Origin: Phyllosticta citribraziliensis | Lineage: Eukaryota | Length of the DNA stretch: 64,000 bases | Reading direction: 5' to 3' | Assembly: GCF_038025025.1 (NCBI RefSeq) | Contig: NW_027117341.1 | Location: forward strand, 2,418,001-2,482,000 | Part shown: in pieces, positions 45,915 through 60,293 of the stretch | How the letters are laid out: each line of letters starts with the position of its first letter | Numbering within the stretch: the first letter of the stretch is position 1 | The notes under the pieces: generated by a model | What the model was told of the DNA's origin: nothing | Database searches by the model: none | Seen by the model: only the letters and a program-made list of their open reading frames with translations | Made by a program: the position numbers and the translations under genes

Positions 45915-48875
45915 TTAATAAGATATAATTATTTATTAAACCTTATTTTTTTCTACTACTATTTTACTTTCTCTAGTTTAAGTAAAATAAAGAAAGGTAC
46001 GTATATAAGTAGAATAGAGATATAATACTAATACTATAATAGTACTAGATTCTTATTAATAATTCTAGAAAGAATTTAACTATAGTAAAATAAGATATAA
46101 TTACTTTTCTACTACTATTTTACTTTTTCTAGTTAAAGTAAGATAAGGAAAGGTATATATACTAGTAAAATAGAGATATAGTAAAAATACTATAATAGTA
46201 CTAGATTTATATTAATAAGTCTAAGAAAGAATAAACTATTAAAAAATTAGATATAATTATTTCTCTACTACTATTTTTCTTTCTCTAGTTTAAGTAAGAA
46301 ACGCGTATAAGTAAAAAATAATATAATACTAATACTATAATACTACTATTATATTAATAGTATAATACTACTAGACTTTTATCTATAATTCTAAAAAGAA
46401 TTTAACTATAATAAGATAAGATATAATTACTTTTCTACTACTATCTTACTTTATATATTAAAAGTAAGATAAGGAAAGGCACGTATACTAGTAAAATAGA
46501 GATATATTATAAATACTCTAATAGTACTAGATTTATATCTATAATTCTAAATAAGAATAAACTAGAAGAGAATTAGTTATAACTATTTTTCTACTACTAT
46601 TTTACTTTCTCTAGTTTAAGTAAGATAAAGAACACGCATACTAGTAGAATTAAGATATAATATTAATACTATAATAATACTATATTTCTAATAATAATTC
46701 CTAGCCCTATTAAACTATAGGGGAATAAGATATAACTATTTATCTACTACTTATTTACTTTTTATAGTTTAAATAAGATAGAGAAGGGCGCGTATAGTAG
46801 TAAAATTAAGATATAATATTAATACTATAGTAATACTATATTCTTAATAATAATTACTAGGAATATTTAACTATAGTAGAATAAGATATAACTATTTATT
46901 TACTACTAATTTAATTTTTCTAGTATAGATAAGATAGAAAGAGGGCCTATATACTAGTAAAATTAAGATATAATATTAATATAATAATAATACTATATTC
47001 TTAATAATAATTCCTAGCTATATTAAACTATAAAGGAATAAGATATAATTATCCTTCTACTACTATTTTACTTTTTCTAGTTTAAGTAAGATAAAAAAAG
47101 GTATATATACTAGTAAAATAGAGATATAATATAAATACTATAATAGTACTAGATTTATATTAATAACTTAAAGGAAGAATAAACTATAAGGGAATAAGTT
47201 ATAATTATATTTCTACTATTATTTTATTTTTAAAGTTTTAGTAAGATAAAGAAGTACGCGCGCGCTAGTAAAATTCTAATATAATATAAATTATATAATA
47301 ATAGTATATTCTTAATAATAATTTCTAACTATATTTAACTATAGGGGAATATAATATAATTATTTAACTACTACTAATTAGATTTTCCTACCTTAGATAA
47401 GATAAAGAAGGGCCTATATACTAGTAAAATTAAGATATAATATTAGTACTATAATAATACTATATTCCTATTTATAATTTCTAGCTATATTTAACTATAA
47501 GGGAATAAGATATAACTATTTATCTACTACTTATTTACTTTTTCTAGTTTAGTTAAGATAGAGAAGGGCACGTATACTAGTAGAATAGAGAAATAATACT
47601 AATACTTTAATAATACTAGATTCTTTATAATAATTACTAGTAATATTTATCTATAGTTAAATAAGATATAATTATTTAACTACTCCTAATTAGATTTTCC
47701 TACCTTAAGTAAGATAAAGAAAGGCCTATATACTAGTAAAATTAAGATATAATATTAATACTATAATAATACTATATTCTTAATAATAATTCCTAGTAAT
47801 ATTTAACTATAGTAAAATAAGATATATCTAGTTTAGGTAAGATAAAGGGCCTATATACTAGAAAAATTAAAATATAATATTAATACTATAATAATACTAT
47901 ATTCTTAATATTAATTCCTAGCTATATTTTACTATAGGGGAATAAGATATAATTATTTAACTACTACTAATTAGATTTTTCTACTTTAAGTAAGATAAAG
48001 AAGGGCCTATATACTAGTAAAATTAAGATATAATAGTAATACTATAATAATACTATATTTCTATCTATAATTTCTAGCCCTATTAAACTATAAGGGAATA
48101 TAATATAACTATTTATTTACTACTAATTTACTATCTCTAGTTTAGATAAGATAGAGAAGGGCCTAAATACTAGTAAAATTAAGATATAATATTAATACTA
48201 TAATAATACTATATTCTTAATAGTAATTCCTAGCTATATTTAACTATAGGGGAATAGGATATAATTATTTAACTACTACTAATTTAATTTATCTAGTTTA
48301 GATAAGATAAAGAAGGGCCTATATAGTAGAGAAATTAAGATATAATATTAATACTATAATAATACTATATAAAATTTTACTAAAAGAGAATAAGATATAA
48401 TTATCTTTCTACTCCTATTTTTCTTTTTCTAGTTTAAGTAAGATAAAGAAAGGTACGTATACTAGTAAAATAGAGAAAATAATACTATTACTATAATAGT
48501 ACTAGATTTATATTACTAATTCTATATAAAATTTAACTATAGTAAAATAAGATATAATTATTTTTCTACTATTATTTTACTTTCCCTAGTTTAAGTAAAA
48601 TTAAGAAAGGTATATATATAAATAAAGTAGAGATATAATACTAATACTATAATAATACTAGATTCTTATTTAGGATCCCTAATAGAATTTAACTATTAAG
48701 AAATAAGATATAATTACTTTTCTACTACTATTCTAGTTTCTCTAGTAAAGTAAGTTAAAGAAAGAGATATAATTAAGTAAAGTAGAAATATAATATAAAT
48801 ACTATAATAGTACTAGATTTATTCTAATAATCCTAAATAAAACTAAACTATAGTAAAATAAGATATAATTATTCT
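45915..48875. repeat. ~156-bp tandem array, ~19 copies, RIP-mutated
   Basis: Anchor ataagatataa(t/c)t-like at 46725, 46881, 47038, 47194, 47349, 47505, 47661, 47817 and onwards (spacing 155-157). Confidence 0.95.
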
Positions 48876-49669
48876 AGTAATAGGATTATAATATTTATCT
48901 ATTTCTAATTTTTTATTATAATACTAATATTAAAAAGTAAAATTTAAGTTTTATAATTAAAAAATTTAGAGTTCTTAATATTTTAATTTTAAAAAGAATA
49001 TTATATTTATATATAGTAGGATTTAAACCTACTCCCTTTATAACTTAAAGAGTAGCTTTATAAGTTTAACTAGACTAAGGGACTAGTAATATTTAATTTT
49101 ATAATATTACTAAAATATATACTTAGAATATAGTAATTCTAGTAGTAGTATCTTCTTTTAAGCTCTTTTCTCTAAATAGGTTTATTATTTAATATTCTTT
49201 TACTTTATATATTAATATAGATATAGAACTATCTAATCTAATTAAAAAAAGGTTATAAAACTTATTTATCTATATTCTTATAATATTTATATAATTTTTT
49301 AATACTATTAATATTTAGAAAATATTTATAAGTTATTTAGATTATCCCTCTCTACTATCTTTTAAAATATAAATTCTTTTTATTTAAGAATAATATTTAT
49401 AATATCTTTATTCCTACTAACTTATATATTAATACTTAAGTTACTAGAATATAAAGGATTTTATTAGATTAAGATAATAAAAATAATATTTTCTTAATCT
49501 TATTATATCTATAATAATATTATACTTTAAATCCTATCTTAATATCCTTTCTCTTTTTAGTAATATTACTATTATTTTCTTATCTAACTTAATCTTTTAC
49601 TCCTCTTAACTTATATATTAATACTTAAGCTACTATAATATAAAGGACTTTATTAGATTAAAATAATAA

Positions 49670-49985
49670 GAATAATATTTTTTTTATCTTATTCTATTTA
49701 TAATAATATTATATTTAAAATCCTATCCTAAAATTCTTTTACTATTTTATAATATTTTTTTATCTTATTCTATTTATAATAATATTATATTTTTAATCCT
49801 ATCTTAAAATCCTTTTACTATCTAGTAATATTTTTTTATCTTATTCTATTTATAATAATATTATATTTTAAATTCTATCTTAAAATCCTTTTACTATCTA
49901 GTAATATTTTTTTATCTTATTTTATTTATAATAATATTATATTTTAAATTCTATCTTAAAATCCTTTTTATCTAGTAATATTACT
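49670..49985. repeat. 76-bp tandem repeat, 4 copies, nested in ~190-bp duplications (49420-49680)
   Basis: Anchor tatcttatt at 49685, 49761, 49837 and 49913. Confidence 0.9.
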
Positions 49986-50699
49986 ATTATTTTCTTATCT
50001 TACTTAATCTTTAATAATCCTTTAAGGCTTTATTATTAAATTAAACTAAAATATTAATAATATAGTTTAAAGATAATTCTCCTTTAAATAATACTCCTTT
50101 TTTAATATATTAAAAATATAATCTTTTTATTCTACTTTATTATTAAATATATTCTCTTAGGATTTATTTAAATTAAAAAAATATATTAATATATTTTAAA
50201 TAGATAATACTCCTATTTACCTTAATTATCTAGGAGACTAATAAAGTAAAAAATAATATAAAAGATAGCCTTTTTTAAGCTAAAGAATAAGTACTAATTA
50301 TATTTTTTATATAATTAGGATTATTAAACTCTTTAATAATTAGATATTCTAATCTAGTTAGATAACTATTAGTTTTATAGTAAGAATATTCTTAAGGTAC
50401 CCTAGGCTTAGCTATAGCCTAGATTTATCTAAAAGTTATCTATAATATATTAATATTAAGTTCTTTTTATAGTTTAATTAACTTACTTTTTCCCTTTCTT
50501 TTCTTATTTAAAGAAATAGTTTTCCCCTTAAAGTACTTATAATAATTAGTTTACTATATCTTTATAGTTAGTACTTTATTTATAGTTTATTTCTCTTCCT
50601 CTTCTTTCCCTAGCTTTAAAAAGAAGAAGTAAATATTTAATTTCTTTAATCTATTAGTAATATTCTAATACTATATTATTTTAACTTACTAATCTTCTT

Positions 50700-52450
50700 A
50701 ACTCTCTTAGATTTAAGATTATCTATAGGGAGTAGGTAAATTAATTACTTAAAAACTAAAATAAATTAATAGAAATAAATATATCTTATATTTTTATTCT
50801 TACCCTTATCTTTAGGAGGTAGTTTTAGTTCCTCTAAAAGATAAAGAGAAAAGGTTTAGTTAGCTAGAAAATTTAGCTATTATAATATTAATATAATAAT
50901 AATACTTACTTTTCTTATTAAGAAGTATAGCTTATCTATATCCTAAGAGGAGAAGAAAGAAATTTTATAACTTTATAATTATATTAAGAATATAATAATT
51001 ATATTTTAGCTTAGTATACTTACTTTTTCTTTAGCTCTTAAGAGCTAAGATTTAATTAAGATACTAGAATAGGGTTAAGCTTTTTTATTAGTCTAATATT
51101 ATTTTATTAGTATAGTAATATCTCTTTTCTTATTTTCTACTTACTTTTTTTTTTACCCTTTAGTTTATAAGGGTTTTAAAGCTCTACTCTTAAGAATAAG
51201 TTAAAAATATATTATATTTAAGTCTCTTTTTTATCTATTTCTATTTTTTTTCTTAAGTTCCTAAGCTTTTTTTAGCTTATAAACTAGAGAAGAGATATTT
51301 TTAAGTTTTAGAAATATATTAAAAGAATAGTTATAAATAAATATAATAATATTTAAATATTACTTATTTTTTCCTATCTCCTAGCCTTTTAAAATTTTAA
51401 GGAACTCTAAATCTACTAAGGGGATTTTAATTTCTAAAAATATATTAATATTATAATAATAATATAGTAATATCTTAATTACTTACTTTTACCCTTTTCC
51501 TTATATCTTATAGCCCTTTAAAATAGTAAGTTAAGTAGGGAGATTAATTTTTACTCTATAAAAATATATTAATATTATATTATAATAATAAAAATAATTA
51601 CTTACTTTTTCCCCTTCTCCTTATTCTTCCTATCCTAGAAATTATTAATAGCTATAGTAGAGGGCTAAAGAGAAGGGCTTATAAAGAAGAGTAAAGTTAT
51701 TACTTTAAAAGTTATTAGAAGTTATTATTATAATAGAATTTCTTTTATATCTCTATTTTCCTTTTCCTTTTTTCCTCTACTTAAAGGATTCTACCTTAAT
51801 ATTTCTAGAAAGTATTAGAATAATAATCTATTAAAGACTAAGTTTAAACTTATATTTTAAAATCTAGAACTTCTTTTTTAGTATTTTTAGCTTCTAAAGT
51901 CCTAGTATCTATTTAAAAAGGGTTACTAGTACTCCTCTTAATACTTAGCTTATTATATCTCTTAATAATATCTCCTATACTAACTATAATATAATATTAA
52001 TATAATAATATTTTAATTAGTTTTTTAAAACTTACTTCTTACCTCTCTAATTTCTTTATAGTTATACCTTCTAGTTTAAGCCTTTTTAATTATAATTTTT
52101 TTATATTTTCTCTTAATATAGGTAATAAGAGTTTCTTAACTTTTAAATCCTTTCTTTATAATATTAATAAGATAATAAAGAGTAAATAATATAAACTTAC
52201 TCTATAAGATATTTCTTTCTCTTTAAATCTTAAGGGATACTTATAAATAAGCTCCTATTTTTTAATTTTTACTATAAGAGTCTAGAAATATTATATTAAT
52301 AATATAATAATAATAACTTAAAATTAACTTACCTATTTTTCCTTTTCTCTTTTTATATTAATAAGAGGTTTTTCCTTAAACTCTTAGAGAACTAGCCCTA
52401 GAGCTAGTATTTCTTTTATAGAAATAGTAAGTTAGAAATATTCTTATCCC
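50700..52450 (-). pseudogene. RIP-destroyed micro-exon-rich gene
   Basis: At least 9 minus-strand GTAAG donors (cttac at ~50799, 50905, 51019, 51140, 51482, 51601, 52031, 52196, 52328). Many lie ~45-55 nt from a TAG-type acceptor and separate short purine-rich exons. Confidence 0.5.
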
Positions 52451-52689
52451 TCTAGAGTATTTTAATAGAAGCTAGTAATTTAATTAGCTATCTTTAAAAA
52501 AGGAAAAAGATTTAAATAATATTAAATTCTTATTACTTTTTAAAAGAGAAAACCTTTTTAAATAGTAATAGAAAGAATATTAAAGAGTAGTAAATAGTTC
52601 TTCTAGTAAATATAAAGAAATTATAAAAAAAAAATAGTAAGAAAGAAAGTTATCTATTTAGGTCTCTTTTTTTTAATATATAGTATAAA

Positions 52690-55600
52690 CTCTCTCTCTT
52701 TCTAACTAGAATCCCTCTATTAACTAGCTCTTATTCTACTTCTTAGCTATATTTAAACTAAGTTTTAGTTATATTTTAATAAGATTTAGCCCTAGCTTAA
52801 GATTTAAACTATATTTTTAATAGGTTTTACTAGAGTTTCTTTAGGCTTTTAGTCTATTTTAACTAACTTTATATACTAGCTAAGATTTAATTATATTCTT
52901 ACTCTAATTAAGTAAATCTAGCTATTCTAGTAGCTCTTAGCTATTCTAGCTACTTCTAGCTATTTTAGCTATTTTAGCTATTTTAGCTATCTTAGCCCTA
53001 TAATAGTAATATACTAGCCTTACTACTAATTAAGAATCTTTAGCTAAGCTATATAACCCTTTACTAAGCTCTTATATCCTTAGGTAAGGTTTTAGTATTA
53101 TTAGATAAGCTATATTTTATACTAGTAGTAGGGCCTCTACTCTACCTCTACTCTACTTTAGTCTTAGCTATTACTACTTTAGCTTTAGTACTAGCTATCT
53201 TAACTATACCTATAATAAGAGATTATAAAAAACAACTAGTATATATATATAACTACTTTAATAGTACCTAGAAGGACCTATTTTTAATTACTTTTAAGGA
53301 TAATCTACCCTTATATAAGATATAATATAATAAATCTATACCTTATAAGGACTTTATCCTATTTATAAAGCTACTTACTAGTAGTTTATATACTAGATAT
53401 AATAGTAGCTCCTTAGAGGAGTATATTAAGCTAGCTACTTAAAAAGAAATAGACTATATTAATAGAGCTAAAGTTCTATTCCTCCTACTCCTTAAGTAGC
53501 TAGATAACTACTTTAACTAGTAGTTTAACTAGACTAATAACTACTATAACCCTAATAAGCTTAAGGTACTAAACTATATATTTACTAAGTTTACTACTAT
53601 TATTTATAAGTACTATAACTACTTCTTTTACTAGAAGGACCTAGAGTATACTATCCCCTCTTTTAAAAGCTTCTAGTTTACTATTCTTATACCTTTTCCT
53701 TTTACTCTAACTATAAACTCTACTCTTAAAGTTAGAGGTAGCTCTTATATAGGGGCTACTAGAAAGGCTATCTACCTTACCCCCTAGCTATTTTAAATAA
53801 TAACTAAGATATAGCTACTAAAACTAGCTCTTTATTTAAAGCCTAATAACTATCTCTTTATTAGAATTCTCTTTAACTACCTATACTATAGCTTTACTTT
53901 ATATATAATTTAGTTATATCTTTAGACTATTCTAGGTATATATATTAACCTACTCTATAAAGTACTCTTTATTAAGAGTAGTTTTACTATCTCTTCTACT
54001 AGTTCTAGTAATACCTTATTTATAGCCCTTAAGACTAAATTTACTTATCTTAATAAGTTATTTAGTACTAATATTTATAATATTAAGAAGGCCTCTTTCT
54101 AGATCTTTTATTATCTCTACTATATCCCTAAGTCCTATATTAGCTAGGATAATAATCTTACTATATAGCTCTATAAAATAAGGGCTAATAATATTAAAGA
54201 TATAGTTAAATAGGCTATTAGCCTCTATCCTATTAATATAGCTATATCCCTTACTAGTAGGCTTAATAACTACTACTCTACTACTAACTAGTTTATTAAT
54301 TTCTCTATAAGAACTAACCCTAAGATACCTTACTCTATTACTATTATTAGAGCTAAGATTAATACCTAGTTCCTCTCTTTAAAGGTAGTTACTATTTAGT
54401 ACTCTAGGTACTAGTAGTAGTATAATATCTATACCTATACCTACCCTATAACTTACTATATATATAGCTCTAAGAACTATAGTAAGGCTAGCTATAAGAA
54501 CTCTTATAATATCTCTAATCTAAACTACTCCTATCTAGCCTAGTATATCTATTATAGGGCCCCTTATACTAATAATAACTCTAAATACTCTATATAGTCT
54601 AGGCCTTTCTAATCCTATTATAGTAAGATATAAATTACTAGCCTCTACTTAATTAAGGGTAAGAAGTACTAGAAGGCCTAGTAGGCTATTAGTTATAATA
54701 CTATTTAGTACTTTTTTACCTTTTTTACTTCTACTCTAATAGGAGCGCCCCTCTACCCCTTAGTAAATAGGTTTATAGTATTATAGAATAATAAGCCTAT
54801 TTCTACCCCTCTTATTTAAAAGTATACTATAGATACTTTTAAGGATCCCTATACTATCCCTCTCTTAAAGAGTAGTAGTAATACTACTAGCTTAAAAACT
54901 ATAAGCTCTAAGTCTACTCCTATTCTTAAAGCTACTTATAATATAACCTTAAGCTCTAATAACTTAACTAATACTAATATAGCTAATACTAAGCTATAAA
55001 AAGTATACTATATAAAGATATTACTATTCTTTTTCTAAATATTAGGAAAAGTAGACTAGCCTAAAAGGCTATACTTAAAGATATAGCTATAAGAGATATT
55101 AATATTCTACTTCTATAAGAGCCTTACCTCTATAAAGAATTAATAAGATAGATTATTTAAAGGTACTTTACTTTTAAGTACTTTACCCCTACTAATAACT
55201 AAATAGAGTAACCCTTATAGGTACTTTTCTTTATCTATAAAAATATAGGTATATAAGCTAAGTAGCTCTAGCTAGTTAGTAGAGTCTCTTAAAGAGACCT
55301 CCTTTTTCTTTTTTTTTAATTATAGACTAGACTACCCCTCTTAATAGTTAATATCTATAATACTCTAGTAAGTAGTAATAACTCTAATAAAGCTACTCTA
55401 GCTCTTTAGACTATTCTTTAATACTTATTTAATACTTCTACTCTAGTAGTAGATAATTTTAACTTTTACTACTACTACTAGTAGCCCTCTTTAAACTCTA
55501 TATCTATTAGGGCTAACTAGTTTATTAACTAGCTTAATACTACTAACCTTTCCCTCCTCTCTTTTATAGATAAGGCTATATATAATAGAGGTAATATTCT

Positions 55601-58600
55601 TAACCTTATTCTTAATAGTAGCTTATACTACTACTCTATTTATATTATACTTAATAAGTCTTTTAATATTCTTTTAAACTACCTCCCTCTTTAGGTTCTT
55701 ATACCCTAAAAAAGAAGGAAACTAGAGGCTATAATAAGACTCTATTTAAATACTATTAACTCTTAATTCTTCTAAAACCTCCTTTTTATTCTACTAGAAG
55801 ATATCCTATTAATCTTTTTTAAAGAGGCTAATAGCCTTAATACCTTTTCTATCTAGCTAGTCTTAATAGTAGCTAGGGCCTATAAAGCTTCTACTAAAAG
55901 GGCTTTAGGCTATAGATAGGGGTATCTCTAGTAGAACTAATACTATACTAATATAGTTAAGAATATACGCCTTATCTAGTATAGCTATAATATTAATATC
56001 TTTAAGGCTAAGAAGTATATATACTAGATACTTTATTCTACTAAGATAAAGTACTTTAAGTAGTAAGTTATTAAGATCTAGAAGCTAAAAGATATCTTCT
56101 CCTTTATTAAGTAGTATAAAATAGTAGGAGCCTTCTAGTCTACTCCTTTAAAGAACCCCTTATAGCCTAAATAACCCCTTATAGTTATCTTAGTAGATAA
56201 GTATTAGGTTCTTATAATAAACCTCTTTATTAACTAGATAGAAGCTAGAGATATCCCCTTTAATACTTTTTTAATTATTAGAACCTTTCTTATCCTTTTT
56301 AGACTAACTAATCTAGAAATTAATAACTATATTCTAAATATAAATAATACTACTTTAAGTATAAATAAGATCTCTACCTCTATTTTATACTATATATAGC
56401 TACTTATTACTACTTAGTACTACTAGCTCTTTTACTACTACTTTTTAGCTAGATACTATTTAGCCCCCTTTTAGAGTATAGTTCTAGCTATACTATAAAA
56501 ACTAAATAAACTAGATCTTAGCTCTTTTTATTTATACTAGCTAATTACTCTTCTTTTAGTTTTAGGAAAGGGCCTTAAGTAGCTTCTAGCTAAATAGATA
56601 TTATAGATTATAGTCTATATAGGTATCTTATATAAATAATAGTTTAGGGCCCTCTTTAAATAGTTTTTAAATAACCTTACTATTTATCTTATCTATAATA
56701 TAAAAGAAGCTAAATTTAGAGATAAAGTCTTTAGTCTCTTTATACTTAATATTAAAGGCGCCTTTAATATAGTCCTTTCTAGCTAGCTAGTCTACTATTT
56801 ATATAAGTAGGGCTAGTCTAATAACCTTATCTACTAGATTAGCTCCTTTACTACTAGTAGGTTAGTCTAGATATATCTAGATAGAGAGGTTAGCCTCTTT
56901 TAAGAGGTTTAATATAGCCTCTTTTAAGACTTATTAATTTCTCCTATTCTCTTTATACTTTATATTTCTCTACTTTTTTATATTATAGTATAAGTCTCCT
57001 CTTTTAGCTATACTAATAATATTACTCTACTTATCTTTTTAAACTTATTTAAAGAAAATACTACTAAGCTTTTTTATACTCTAGCTACTACTCTTTACTA
57101 GGGTACTAGAGAAGGTATTATATTTAATTATAATAAGTTAAAGCTTATCTACTTTACTATCTATAAGGCCTATAATAACTATAGCTTATTATTTATAGTT
57201 TTTTATAAAGACTACTCTATCCTCCTCCTCCTTAATAAGCTATACTTAAAATAGCTAGGTATCTACTTTAACTCTACTCTTACTTTTAAGTTTTATATAT
57301 AGATATAGGTTATAAAAGTAATAACTATAGTAAAAGCCTTATATAGCTTTAATAAGATAATTTATAGTACTCTTTCTATTTTTCTCTACTAGGTAGTTAT
57401 AGTCTATATCCTTTCTATTACCTATTATACTAGTAAGGTCTAGTAGCTAGGTACCTTTTAAATTAGATTCTATAGCTATATTATCTCTATAAGAGTCCTT
57501 AGGCTTATTAAGAAACTTTAAAGAGTAGTTTATAAAGCTACTTAAGCTATTCTTTTTATTTATAAGATAACTTCTAGCTCTATCTTAATATAAAAGACTA
57601 GCCTCTAATCTACTAATATAGAACTTAACTACTACTTCTAGTATTTTACTCTATATATATACTATCTTAACCCTAACTATCTACTTAGGGCCTACTATTA
57701 ATAGATAGTTATCTACTTTACTATTTTAGTTATATATCTAGAATACTATCTCTAGTTAGTTCTTATTATAAAGTAGCTAGACCTACTTATAATTTTTTTT
57801 TAAAAACTTTACTAGCTCTTTATTCTCTTTACCCCTAGTTCCTTCCCCTCTATAGACCTTATTATCTATACTAATAGCTTATATCTTATAGATAGCTACT
57901 TAGGTACTAGGGCTATATTCTACTATAGAGATACTAAATATTACTTTATATCTAAAACTATATCTCTATTAGGAGATACTTTTATAGCTAAAACTATAGC
58001 TATACTTAAAGTAGTATATACTACTATTAATATAATAGACTCTTTATATACCTAGGACCTCTAGATCCTTACTAACTATTAAAGAGTAGTTAATATATTT
58101 TATAACCTAAAAGATACTATAATAGTCTAGAAATACCTAAAGCTCTATAAGCTCTACTATTAGTAGATAGTTATTAGATACTCCTAGCCTTATAGTATAC
58201 TAAGCTAAGTTACCTAGGTAGCCTATATTTAAGGATACTCTAGTATTAAGGGAAATAAATAGGTATATATTCTAATAAGAGTAATAATAAGTAAGTCTTA
58301 TTACTTTTATCCTCCTCTTAGCTCTTATTCTTATTATCTAGTATAAAGCTACTACTATTAGCTCCTTAAGCTTATTTTTATCTCTTACTAGACTATTAAG
58401 ACCTTTTTTTTCTATTACTTTTAAAATCTTTTTATAAATAATAAGCCTCTTTTAAAGCTTAATCTACTCTAGTAGGTACTCTACTATTTATATACTATTT
58501 AATTAGGGTATAGTAACTTTACCTTATAATATAAGTACTACTACTATAATAATTTTAATATCTTTTATAAGTATAGTATAATAAAATCCCTATTATATTT

Positions 58601-59052
58601 CTATAGCTATATACTAGCTATAGCTCTAGAACCCTCTATATATAGAGATATATCTAATAATAAGGTACTAAAATACCTTCTAGGTTACCCTAAAGGGGTT
58701 AATATATTTATAGTATAGGCTAAATATACCTCTTTTTTCTAGTACCTATTAAAACTATAATACTAGTTCCTAAGGTGCTATTACTAGAGGCTTATAGTCT
58801 CTAGCCTTATATAGTCTCTTTTATTATTTTCTTTTATTTCTAGTATATAAAATACTCTATATATAGTAGCTAAGCTAATTAGTTAATTAGCTAACTAGCT
58901 ACTATAGTCTTAGTACTAGATAGATAGTATATAGTATATACTATAGATAACTAATATATAGTACCCTATATCCTAAAGCGGGATGGTGCGCCTTAAGCCT
59001 CAGCTAAGGTAAGCTACTAGGCGAAAAATAGATTCCTCCTCCTCCTCCTCCT
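52690..59052 (+). mobile_element. RIP-inactivated non-LTR retrotransposon (Tad1-clade LINE) with gag-like ORF1 and APE-RT-RNase H ORF2
   Basis: De-RIP-able motifs in order: zinc knuckle *YIYYRAPYT (=QCxHCxAPH) at 54541; APE start ..NIRKS (=NVGKS) at ~55035; RT ILNIKGAFNIV (=TLDVKGAFDxV) at 56742; SLF*DLLISPILFILYI (=GLPQGSPISPILFxLYI) at 56916; FSYTNNI (=FGYADDI) at 57003; RNase H IIYTNS (=IxYTDGS) at 57861; *GYSSIKGNK (=GHSGIEGNE) at ~58230. A 3' (TCC)n tail lies at 59033-59052. The 5' end is approximate. Confidence 0.92.
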
Positions 59053-60293
59053 TCAGTACCGGCCGCTCCACTCGCACCGTCCAATCCAACCATGCGCCAT
59101 TGTCCGCTTGACTCGCAACAAAGGCCTTGACAACCTCAACCTCTCGCAAACACCTCCTCTCGTCGCCCCCTCGCCTCGCCGAACAACTTGGACGTGTACT
59201 TGCGTTGTCGCCTTTTTCCTCCTACCTACCACATCAAAGCCTTGGGCTCAAACAGGCCTCCAAATCCTCGTCCCTTTCATTCCCGTCGTGTCGAAGCGGC
59301 CTCTGACAACTATACAGAACCCGACCGCCCCACTGACCGAACACCACAGCCACAGTGGACACTGTGGTCGCCCAACCAAGCTGCTCTACACACCAAAAGC
59401 CACCCGCGCATGACTCCCTGCCACCTCCCGCACTCGTCCAGCAACCCTCTCGAGTCCCTCTACCTCCGTCCCGCGCGGTCCTCGGTCGTCTGGCGACACA
59501 TCTCCGCCAACACTTGATCCGACCCACGAGAACACGCGACAGCAGAACCCGAGACGTGCATCGCGCTGGACCGGGAGAAGGGCGGCGTGTATGCAGTACC
59601 TGTCGCTTGGCTGGCTGGAGGGGGATCTGTCGGGTGCGAACAGACGTGGACCACATGACACGGCGCGACAGTGTCTCCTCCGCTCGGTGCCTCATGGACG
59701 TCGACAAACCAACAACCGAAACAATTGATGAAGGGGAGTGTGTAGAGGGCTGGTCTTGGAGATGCTATCGCGGAGCCGGCGTCCGTCAGCTTGTCATAGA
59801 GCTGTGCGAGAGTTGTTGCTGCGCTTGACGGGCGTGCTGGGCGCCCTTGGGCCGTCGTTGGTTTCGTCGAGGCATGCGTCGTTGTCCTCGTCCAGGCGTC
59901 GTCTCGAAAATCGATTGAGTGGCATCGCAAAAGCCACAGCGTCTAGCCGCTGATGCCGCCGCCGCCGCCGCCGCCGCCGCGCGACTCGAACGATTGATAC
60001 ACGGTGCGCTGGCACAGCAGACACGGGAACCACAAGACAAGGGAGAGGAGAAAGGACAAGATCTGTAAACCAGGGACGAAGGGAGGAGCCTGAGATGGGA
60101 TGCAGAAAGCGCGGCTGCGCCAACCTTCTTGTTTTTATAGTAGCTGTGCTGTCGGCTAGGCTTTTGGCCGGGAATTTCCGAGTCAGTCCGAACAAGCGGC
60201 TGGGTTTTGGTGGTCCTGGCGGCGCTTGTTGCTACGCTTGTGCTGGGCCTGTGATGGATGGCGACCTTGACCGGCCCTCCTCCTGGACTCGCA

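Larger units (their letters stand above)
42398..59052. other. RIP-saturated AT-rich block (16.6 kb)
   Basis: Abrupt switch to very high AT. CpA/TpG are almost absent, TpA is extremely frequent, and the ORF track is empty across the block. This is the hallmark of repeat-induced point mutation. Confidence 0.97.

Noticed and set aside
45915..48875. 156-bp units as repeated exon-intron modules (GTACGT...TAG)
   Set aside because: Many units have GGCGCG/GGCACG/GGCCT at the would-be donor, so GT is likely a RIP product.
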